A stretch of 64,000 bases of DNA from Octopus vulgaris (Eukaryota): the NCBI GenBank assembly GCA_951406725.2, contig OX597823.1, positions 45,136,001-45,200,000 of the forward strand, written 5' to 3'. Positions within the stretch are counted from its first letter, which is position 1; the number at the start of each line of letters is the position of its first letter. Both the position numbers and the translations under genes were made by a program. Positions 53,803 through 64,000 of this stretch are shown piece after piece. A model generated the notes under the pieces. The model ran no database searches and was not told where the DNA came from. It saw nothing but the letters and a program-made list of their open reading frames with translations.

Positions 53803-53844
<42 letters not shown>

Positions 53845-53890
53845 CACATACAGATGCATATATACACACAGATACAGGTGTGTATGTGTG

Positions 53891-53984
<94 letters not shown>
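53891..53984. repeat. (TATC)n microsatellite
   Basis: Perfect tetranucleotide run. Confidence 0.97.
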
Positions 53985-53985
<1 letters not shown>

Positions 53986-54210
53986 ATAAATAATGTTTAT
54001 CACCAGTTCACAGAAACCAACATTACTACCATTTTAACCCCAGGAGGATACCTCCTTCAGCTGGTTATTTGATGCAATCTGCACCTGATATCTATTGCAA
54101 GCAGGGCACAAAATGTGTGCTTTTACATAGCACTGCCACAAGTGCTTTTCACCTCCAGAGGAACCAGTCTTAACACTTCTACTGTGGAGCATGGGTCTTC
54201 CTGAGCACAG

Positions 54211-54259
<49 letters not shown>

Positions 54260-54265
<6 letters not shown>

Positions 54266-55505
54266 TTGGACAAAATAATAGAAACAGCTAGCATCACAGC
54301 ATCATAATTTTGAAATATCTATAAAACCATCAAAGGCTTGTTTATTTTTTAGGTGTTTTGATTTATTATTAGTGTTGCTTAATATGTTTTGCTAAAATTG
54401 CTGTTTATTTTCAGATATCATTGGAAAAAGGTAATTAAAATTCATTAAAATGACAGATCTATCAGACTTTCAAAGATGTCAAATTGTTGGTGCCCATATG
54501 GGAAGCACTAGCGTAATGAAAACAGTCGACATCTTTGGTGTATCAAGAAGTACTATCTTGAAAGAAATGACAGCCTTTGAGAAAGAAGGAAAAACCTCCT
54601 TATTGAAACAAAACTCCAGAAAAAAACCAAAACTTTCGGATAGGGACCGTCGGACTCTTACGCAAATTGTTAGAAAGGATCACAAAAGTACAGCTCCCAA
54701 AATTACTTCAGGGCTTAATGACCACTTTGAGAATCTAGTTTCCACAAAAACTGCTTGCCAGGAGCTGCACAAAGCTGGATTTCAGAGGAGGGCTGCAATC
54801 AGAAAACCTCTATGTTCAAAAACAAACTTTGGTCCCTAGCACAGTGGAAGAATGTTATTTTCTTGGACAAGTCATCCTTTCCTTATTTCTGACCACTGGC
54901 CAAGTATACATGTGGAGACAGGCAAAAGAAGCATTTGACCCAGACTGTCTTCTTCCAACTGTTAAACATCGAGGAGGATCTGTGATGATCTGGGGTGGGG
55001 GTGGGTTCTATATCTTGGAAATTCACTGACCCAATGGTTTCCTTTCATGGCAGAATTAATAGTCAAGACTATTTAAGCATTTTATCTGATCAAATTCATC
55101 CTATAGTTGTGGAACTGTTTCCAGAGGGTAACACAGTCTTTCAGGATGATAATGCACCAATTCACACAGCTAACTTTATTACTGAATGGCCCAAAGAACA
55201 TTCTAGTGGAATTGAACATCTTATCTGGCAACCACAGTCCCCAGATCTCAATATTATCGAACATTTAGGGTGCATTTTAGAAAAACAAGTAAGGAGTCAA
55301 TATTCTCCACCATCACCACTACAAGAACTAGAGACTGTTTTAGCTGAAGAATGGACAAAAATTCCTTTGGAAACAATTCAAACTTTGTATGAGTTCATAC
55401 CTCATAGAATTCAAGCTATAATTACTGCCAAAGTCAGTCCTACCCCATATTAAAATTAATTTGTTTGAAATGTTAAGGTGTTTCCATTATTCTCTCCAAC
55501 CCCTG
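54260..55505 (+). mobile_element. Full-length decayed Tc1/mariner DD36E transposon, copy 2
   Basis: Colinear with 28999-30255; ORF pieces 54450..54839 (MTDLSDFQRCQIVGAH, HTH region) and 54995..55453 (FQDDNAPIH..SPDLNIIEHL); TIRs partly eroded. Confidence 0.95.
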
Positions 55506-55514
55506 TTTATATAT

Positions 55515-55710
55515 ACGGTAACTAAAAGCCTCTCCTTAAAAGTGAGATGCAGCCATTTGGTCATGTGATGTGTATGGATGAGGACAGCTGCATAAATAAG
55601 TGCTGAGCTCTAATTGTGGTGGGTGTCTGTGGAAGGGGTAGACCCAGGAAGACATGGGACGAAGTGGTGAGAAAGAATCTTCAGATGATGGCTCTCACTG
55701 AGGAAATGAT
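55515..55710 (+). mobile_element. RTE LINE 3' fragment with an internal deletion
   Basis: VTKSLSLKV joined to FGHVMCMDEDSC..GRGRPRKTWDEVV, the RTE C-terminal motif. Confidence 0.8.
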
Positions 55711-55808
55711 GATGATGATTGTCACACACACACACACACACACACATGCACACACACATGTGCATAATTATACATACATACATATAAAAAACATACAAAC
55801 ATGTGTGT

Positions 55809-55910
<102 letters not shown>

Positions 55911-56446
55911 ATATATATATATATATATAATTATAGTGTATGTAATTGAAACAGTATTAAATTAAATAGCCATCTGTGCATCATGCTTAATGTATACACA
56001 CTGTTGACAGGTAAATTACAGCAGTTTTTGTTTCAGATAAAATCTTGTATGGAAATACATTGTTTAGAAACATTATATATCTGATGTATATTGTGTTTTT
56101 TCACGCAGCTCATCTGTAAGAGATGTTATTTTGATATGAATACTGCAGTAACTGCCTGTCTATCATGTATTTCTGTTAAATAGGATGCATAGAGAGCTTT
56201 GTGTGTGTGTGTGTGTGTGTGAATGAAATAAGTAACTATACTGAAATAATTACTAGAGCTGATACAAATGATTAAAAACTCTTGTAGTGGTTGTCTCACC
56301 ATGGTTGCATTCCACTAACTGAAAGGAGAAAACAAACAAATCCTGATTGCAAACAACAACAGTAAAAGTAATGCTTAAAATTATGGAGAGAGGGGGGTGA
56401 AAGAGGGGGGACAGAGAGACAGTGAGGGTAAATGAGTAAGAGATAA

Positions 56447-56607
56447 GCAGAAGCAGAAGAAGAAGAAGAAGAAGAAGAAGAAGAAGAAGAAGAAGAAGAA
56501 GAAGAAGAAGAAGAAGAAGAAGAAGAAGAGGAAGAGGGGAGGAAGAGGAGAAGAAGAAAAGAATGAAGAGGAGAAGTAGTAGTAGTAGAAGAAGAAGAAG
56601 AAGAAGA
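56447..56607. repeat. (AAG)n compound microsatellite
   Basis: Directly visible. Confidence 0.95.
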
Positions 56608-57187
56608 ACATGACGGTGATGGTCATAATCAATTAAACAGTAACTATTTCTTAATGATATTTGTTTTGTTAATCCATAACAAATTAATGGCAAATTGGAT
56701 CTGTCAGGAATTTAGTTCAGATCCATGAAGGATTAAATTCAATAATACAAACAAGACATGTTTCTGCTGATTTGCTGATGCCATTTATACTGCACTTTTG
56801 GCACATAAGTTTAGAGATCAAATCTGCTAATGCTGTTTTGTTATGTTTCTGAGCCAAATAAATGAACACTTTTGATACCAACCTGCCCATGTCTGCCCCT
56901 GTTTCTATGATGCAAACTTTTTATCTAAAGTGATTGAAATTAAAATTTCCCATTAAAATTCTTTGTTAATTTATGTTCTAATTACCAGCTTAGTAATGAC
57001 CAAGATATTTTACCAAATTTTTTATCATTTTCAGAATTAATTGAACTAAATGCAATGCAGCCCAACAGAAATATGGTAACAAAAGGGTTTTAATGAGACA
57101 TGGCTTCAGCTCATGATTTTAGTACTATTGTGTTGCTGAAAGAGCCTCAACACTTTTATTTTATCAAATTACACCATAGTGTCTTAA

Positions 57188-57408
57188 CCTACTGGTATTT
57201 AAACTGGGCCATATCCAGCCCAAATATTCTACCTGTTTTATGATCACACTGTCCAGATCTGGCATTTCACATCTATCCTACAATGTCATTCTAAATATAA
57301 ATGATCACATTATCGAAATCTCAAAGTTACGAGATTAAGCATGATTAATTCAAAACATTATGAATAAATAAGCATTACATTTGACTGGATAATGTGAATG
57401 CTAAAGAG
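57188..57408. mobile_element. piggyBac-type MITE (second family)
   Basis: TTAA on both flanks; degenerate TIRs ending ATGCTAAAGAG. Confidence 0.72.
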
Positions 57409-59867
57409 TTAAACAATGAAGGATATACTGAATAATGTAGTTGCTGATATGTAAAATGACAGGTTGTTCATGGCTGGAACATCTTTCAATACAAGGAACT
57501 GACAAAGGGCAAGCAGTGAGCTAGTGGAATCATTAGCATGCAGGGTAAACTGCTTTGTGCTATTTTGTTTGTCCTTATGTTCTGAGTTCAAATTCTGCCC
57601 AGGTCAATTTTGCCTTTCATCCCTTTAGAGTTGATAAAATAAGTACCAGTGAAACAGTGGGATCGATGTAATTGACAAGTCCCCTCACCCAAAATTTCAG
57701 GCATTGTGCTTTTATTAGAAAGGATTATTTGTTAATCCCTGAGACAGTGAGCGTTAGTGGAATTGTTAGCATGCAGGGAAAATGCTTTGCAGTATTTTAT
57801 CTTTCCTTACATTTCTGAGTTCAAATTCTGCCGAGGTTGACTTTGCTTTTCATCTTTTTGTGGTCAATAAAATACGTACCAGTCAAGCACTAGGGGTCAA
57901 TGTAAATGACTTAGCCCCTCTACTAAAATTGCTGGCCTTGTGCCAAAACCTGAAATCAATATTCGTTAATTTCAAAATATGAAGAGAATGTTTGCAAGTG
58001 GAGGATACAAACTGCCTCAATCAAATTTTAATTAATTCACCTTGTAATCAGAAACAGAGATCAAACTATTTAAAAAAAATTGTTTCTTGGCTAAATTATC
58101 AGCCAGAGGTTGGAATCACCTTAGAAATTCTTGCCTAAATGGAAGCCTCTTTTAGTTGGGAACTCTTTTAGTACCAGGAGTGGTTTGTAATGTATATAAG
58201 AACTTTGTGGGAACACATTTCATGATGTATTCGTCATCATCATCATCATCATCATCACCTACTGACATCCATTTCCCATGCTGGCAAAAGGCTGGATAAT
58301 TTGACAGGAGCTAGCAAGCTGGAGAGCTGCACCAAACTCCATTTGTCTGTCTTGGCCTGGTCTCTACAGCTGGATGCCCTTCGTAATGCCAAATACTTTA
58401 CAGAGTGTGCTTAGTGCTTTCTACATGGCACCAGCACCAGTACTTTATACATGGCACTAGCATGGGTGCTTTTTGCATGGCATCAATATGGGTGCTCTTT
58501 ATGTGACACTAGCATGGGTGCTTTCTATGTGAGAGATTAGAAAGACTGAGGTAATCCTCTTACTTTCAAGGAGATACTTGGCCATTTCAAAAGGATAAGG
58601 AAAGAGAGGAAGGTGAGAGTGAGTGAAAGAGAGAGAGAGAGATTGAGAGTGAGAGAGAGAGAGAGAGAGTATGTGTGTGTGTGTGTGTGTGTGAGCGAGA
58701 GAGAGAGAGAGAGATTGGGATCTTAATTTTACTAATTTATTAGTATGGAATTTATTTTAAATTAGACCTCAAGACTTGAACTGTTTATTTTTTCAAAGCA
58801 GTTTCTAGAGATTTTGTGAATGGATTTGAATGTGAGCAAAAAGATTCCTCATTTCTGCTTTTTGCAATCACTCAGCTGGAAAGAAACAGCTACCAAATCT
58901 CCAGGGTTAATCTTCGGGTTACACAACAACAGCCACACCACTACCACAACCACTAACACCACCACCACCACCTCAAGAAAAACTTGAGTCAATTACCAAT
59001 CAAATGGAACTCTGCAATTCATGAAAGAATAAACCACATTTTATGCTTTTCTTCTTTTTCTTTTTTTTTTTTTTGCCCACTGTCTCTACTAACGCAAAGA
59101 AAAGAAAACTAAATATAACAAAAAATAATAAAACCGCAGAGCAAGACATTTATAAATTTCATTTAGTTTGCTATAGTTTGTTGATCTGCTTCTATTGTAT
59201 ACACTAATGGAAACCTTAATTACATTGACAATAAATGGATTAACAGACATCCCATGGCAGATTTTCAGTCAGAAATAATCAATGATTAATTCTTTTTATC
59301 CTTTTCTTTTCTTGCTCATGTTGTTGTTGTCGTATGGTAGAGAACAAGTGGTCTATTTGTTAATTTGACAGTTTCAAAATGTGATAGTGTTTTACAGATC
59401 ACAGTGTGTGTCTTTTGAGATTTACAGACTTTACTTTCTGTTGTTGATGTCATTGTTCATGTTGGTTGTGGCTGCAGCATTAGTGTTGTTGCTATTGTTT
59501 TTGCTGTGGTTGTTGTTGTTGTTGTTGTTGTTGTTCAAACCTATGATCAAAGGCATTTCAACTACAACTAGCTTGTCTTTTTAGTGTGTAGGACTACATT
59601 AACAAATATGTCCTATCTTTATTTAAAACGTTAAGGAGTAATTTGAGGGAAATTTAGCTGCTATTTCTGGTAGAGGTGTTTATGGAGTGTCTGAGGTGGT
59701 GGCGGTGATATGATATTAACAACACTAATTTTAAAGAGTGCCAGCCATATTTACCAGCTCCTCATCCCTGTCACTATGAAGAAATGAACCAAATCACAAA
59801 TTAAAAGCACATCTACATTATAAGTAGTAAGTATGTATATTATGTAATTATATATTATAAGTAGTAA

Positions 59868-59908
<41 letters not shown>

Positions 59909-61534
59909 GTTAGTATGTACATAGAAGTGACATTTCTGATACACATAGCAATAAAGACAATTGTACACATTCAGTTTTTTGTGATATTTTTATGTCTATT
60001 ACCAAAGGACCTGTTAGCAGTGTCATTGTTGCTTTCTAAGGTCTTTCTCACATCTCCAAATTTACATTTGAAATTCAGTTGATGTGTGCTTTACCAGCTT
60101 AATGGATTATTCCATATCGTCTATGATTGGATTGGCTGGACAATGTAAAATGGTCTGTATACTGTGAGGATAACTGGCACTATTTTGGTTATGATGACAA
60201 GGGTTCCAGTTGATCTGATCAATGGAACAGCCTGCTTGTGAAATTAATGTGCAAGTGGCTGAACACACCACAAACACATGTGCCCTTAACGTAGTTCTCA
60301 GAGATAGTCAGCATGACACAGAATGTGACGAGGCTGGCCCTTTGAAAGACAAGAACTACTCATTTTTGCCATCTGGATGAGCTTGAACAACATGAAATAA
60401 AGTATCTTGCTTAAGGACTCAATGCACTGCTGGATATGGAACTCATGACCAAATGCCCTAACCACTAAGCCATGCACCTTCATATTATGAAATAAATATA
60501 CCCAGTTTCTAGTTGGATAAATGACTGAAACTAGGCAACAGCTAAGTGAAACTAGTGATAAATTTTGGTGATATTCTGTCTGGTATTGCTTCTTCTTTCT
60601 GGGCATGTCCCCCTTTTTTTTTTTTACTTTTTCTTCCATTCTTTATCTTGTAATGTTGTTGTTTAGCCCCAGATCAGCTCTGATTGAGTAGAATTATAAT
60701 CAAAGGTGTTCAAGCCATGACTATCCTGTCTTTATGGTTAGGCATAAGGTGATGAAGTGGTTAAGTTGGATAGGATGCTTTGCAGTATTTATTCCAGGTC
60801 TCTACACTTTGAGTTCAAATCCCATTGTAGTCAACTTTGCCTTTCAACCCTCCAGGATCAATAAAAAAAGTTACTAATTCAGGGAAGTAGATAAGCAGAA
60901 CTATTAGACAGTTGGGTGAGACTTGTTTTAGCATCTGCTTCAGCACTTTGTATTTTGACAGAAATGCCCTCTATGACAGTAATGTCAACCTGTATCAGCC
61001 ATAGACAACAGCCTTTCCCTTGAATAACATCAGTATCCTAGGGAGAGGAGACTTGCAGACATAGGTAATTTCTAGTCTTCCCCCAAATATCTTACTCAAC
61101 CCTAGACATCCATGTAAGAGTACATGGTCAACATTTTGCTGTACTATATATTCAGACACAATGTATCTTGGATTACATTATCCTATATGGAATGCAATTT
61201 GAGGGAAATTTATTTGGTTGCTATTTCTAGCATGTCGAGTGACCACATAAAGGATCCATTGCTGGTTAACAGATACAATAGTTGTAGCTGCTATAATATA
61301 ATATAATAATTGCTATTGCAAATGAAAGATACTTGACAGTGCAATATGCTAGTCTAGATTCATTTGTATATATGGTAACGAAGATGGTGATGACAATGAA
61401 AATATAAGGCATAGTAGTAGTAGTAGTGACACCAAGGTAAAGACCCCACTTCGGTCATAAATGACCATGGGATTGCACCTAAAAAGTTCCCCTCCAAAGT
61501 ACATGTCCAGGTGAGATTGTTTATGGAAATTTTC

Positions 61535-61900
61535 CAGTAGGTAGCACTTGAAGTGGACACATTTAGAAAAAACTTCTTTATGATTATTTAATGCAACAGG
61601 TTTAATATAGTCCTTAAGAATTTTGGCGCTCTCCACAATGTAAATTTTGCAATGGCTGCTCTTATTAATATATGGGCGTAGATGATCTATTCTTTTCCAC
61701 CTGATATCACATGGGGTCCCTTGATCTTTGTGATGCCATACATGGCAGGCCAGGAACATGGCAAGCTGTCTTTCTGGGACTCTGACAGATGACTGGTGGT
61801 TGCAGAAGCTACGTTTGAAAAATGCGCTGGCTGATCCAATATATTTACAAACCTGGGATGTGACTATAATCACACTCCTGATATATTTCTGATAGGCTCT
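61535..61900 (-). mobile_element. Penelope-like element C-terminal GIY-YIG remnant (family different from those at 43 and 46 kb)
   Basis: KYIGSASAFFKRSFCNH..LACHVWHHK..IRW..CKIY..LNNHKEVFSKCVH matches the YIG..FKxRxxNH..LN..SKCRH pattern; abuts a SINE tail. Confidence 0.8.
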
Positions 61901-62160
61901 GGGCCTGGGGATGCTGTTGGTAACACCATTGCCGATGCAGTCGATATGGCACAATGATCCAGCAGCGTTATCTCTGTGGTTATCACTACTGGTCATATGG
62001 TTGGTGATGTAGCTACCAGCGTTAGTGCAGGTGCAACCAGTGGTAACATAGTGCAGGATTGGTCATCCCATTGGTGTCAATGATAATTGTTTGGTCATTA
62101 TCTGTAGTGGTGGTGGTACATACATATATACATACATACATACAAACATACATACATACA

Positions 62161-62196
<36 letters not shown>

Positions 62197-62634
62197 TATA
62201 CATATGCATATATATATATATACATACAATGGTCTTTTTTCAGTTTCTATCTACAAGATCCACTCACAAGGCTTTGGTTGGCTCAAGGCTTTAGTAGAAG
62301 ACACTTCCCAAGCTGTCACACAGTGGAACTGAACCCAGAACCATGTGGTTGGGAAGAAAACTTCTTATCACACAACCACACCTGTGCCTATATACAGGAT
62401 ATGAGCTGGCAGAATCATTAGTGTGCTGGATGAAGTGCTTAGTGTTATTTTGTCTGCCGTTATGTTCTGAGTTCAAATTCCTCCGAGGTTGACTTTGCCT
62501 TTCATCCTTTTGTGGTCGATTAAATAAGTACCAGCTACGCACTGGGGTTGATGTAATTGATTTACTCTCTTTGTCTGTCCTTGTTTGTCCCCTCTATGTT
62601 TAGCCCCCTGTAGGCAATAAAAATATATATATAC

Positions 62635-62915
62635 AGGGTGCAGTGAATAAACTTTCATCAAAATTATGCAAAAATGAAAAAGACATCTCATTTTAACAGA
62701 TGTATTTACCAAAATTACATAAAAATATCTTGAATACTAAAGGGTAAATTTATTCGATAAAATTGCCATTGACTTCAACCACAGCCTCCAGATGACTTCA
62801 GAATCTCCTGCAACTCTTCTGGATGGTCTCCTTGTTTAAGGTGGTGAATGCTACCATAGTCCTTGCATTCAGTTCATCTTTGGTATTACAAGGCATTTTG
62901 TTGGGTCTCTAACCA
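62635..62915 (-). mobile_element. Tc1/mariner 3' fragment with terminus
   Basis: TA-CAGGGTG terminus; minus strand reads CRRF*SHLEAVVEVNGNFIE*. Confidence 0.7.
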
Positions 62916-62978
62916 GGCCTTTCATGATACCATTAAAGCCAGGAACATTTTAGCACCCCTTGTGTGTGTGTGTGTGTG

Positions 62979-63027
<49 letters not shown>

Positions 63028-63646
63028 CAATAGGTGAATGAATTATCCTATGTTTATCGTCAGCATGGAAAATTTGTTGAACCAATACCAGGGTAGCAAA
63101 TTCATGTCAGAAACACGGTTGAAGCGACCTGTCCAAGGGTAGAAACTCCGGGTTCATGTGCAGAAATTTGTGTGTTATATATGAATAAATGAAAGAATGG
63201 AGTCGAACGAAGATGTTTATTTATATATATATATATGTATTTACATCCTTATAAAAAGCAAAGTTTGTTTGTTGAAAACACTAAATGAAATTGATAATAT
63301 TTCAAGTTTTCATGTCATTTAAATTAATCTGACCATTCCACAGATAGCTGTGCACTTATTTTCGGAAAACAGAGCAGGGGTACTAAGTTGGTGGTGTATT
63401 GGCTCCAATTTCTAACAATCCATGTACTGTCTATTTCATGATAATGCTTTTTATAGAGTGAAAAATACTTCACCTATCACTCAATCCACCTCCAACTTTC
63501 TCTCAGTTTATACATTACATTTAATCCTTTTAAGTTGCTTTCTCTCTGTATCTCTGTCCTTCTCTATGTCTCTATCTTTTTCTCAGGTTGTATATGTGCC
63601 TCTCTCTCACTACTTCTACCTCTTTTTCTCTCTAGAGAAAAAACAC

Positions 63647-63691
<45 letters not shown>

Positions 63692-64000
63692 GGTTACAGA
63701 GAAAAAACGAGTAAGACGCTGGACCTCTGCTTTTCCTCTGTCTATATGTCCCCCTTTCTGTCTCTATCTCTCTCACTATCCACCCTCTTTCTCTCTCTGA
63801 TTGCAATTGTATTTCTCTCACTACCTCTACCTCTTTTTCTCTCCAGAGAAAAAATACATGAGGCAGATAGAAAAGGGGTTAGGGAGAAAAAACAAGTGAG
63901 ACAGAGGGTTTGAGCACTGTTTCAGACTGGGGTCAAGAGGTTGGCTAGTATATATATAATTAATAAAACGCTTTTGGTCATGTACTGAGTAATGCATTAA

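Noticed and set aside
28999-55505. Composite transposon bounded by the two Tc1 copies
   Set aside because: Each copy has its own TIR pair, there is no cargo gene, and a TA TSD cannot discriminate; independent insertion is simpler.
61349-61996. 215-aa ORF as a host gene
   Set aside because: Chimera of low-complexity sequence, a Penelope GIY-YIG remnant and a SINE tail.

Overview
Repeat-saturated, AT-rich animal genomic DNA, most likely an octopus or another coleoid cephalopod. That assignment is an inference from the extreme microsatellite density and the tRNA-derived SINE repertoire; it is not a database result. I can support no intact host protein-coding gene, so the window looks intronic or intergenic, and nearly all listed ORFs are translated simple repeats. 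Recognisable content: two decayed but full-length Tc1/mariner copies with 36 residues between the second and third catalytic positions (DD36E, Incomer-type); RTE LINE fragments; two R4/Dong-like RLE retrotransposon 3' ends embedded in different microsatellites; several Penelope-like (GIY-YIG) fragments with fold-back ends and hammerhead-ribozyme-like motifs; a non-autonomous Helitron; mariner, hAT and piggyBac MITEs; and at least five SINE or SINE-like families. The most unusual element is a 1.3 kb phased A4T4 (GAAAATTTTC-like) satellite at 13640-14948 that joins two unrelated truncated elements and ends in a templated micro-duplication. All coordinates were read by eye, and boundaries of decayed repeats are approximate.
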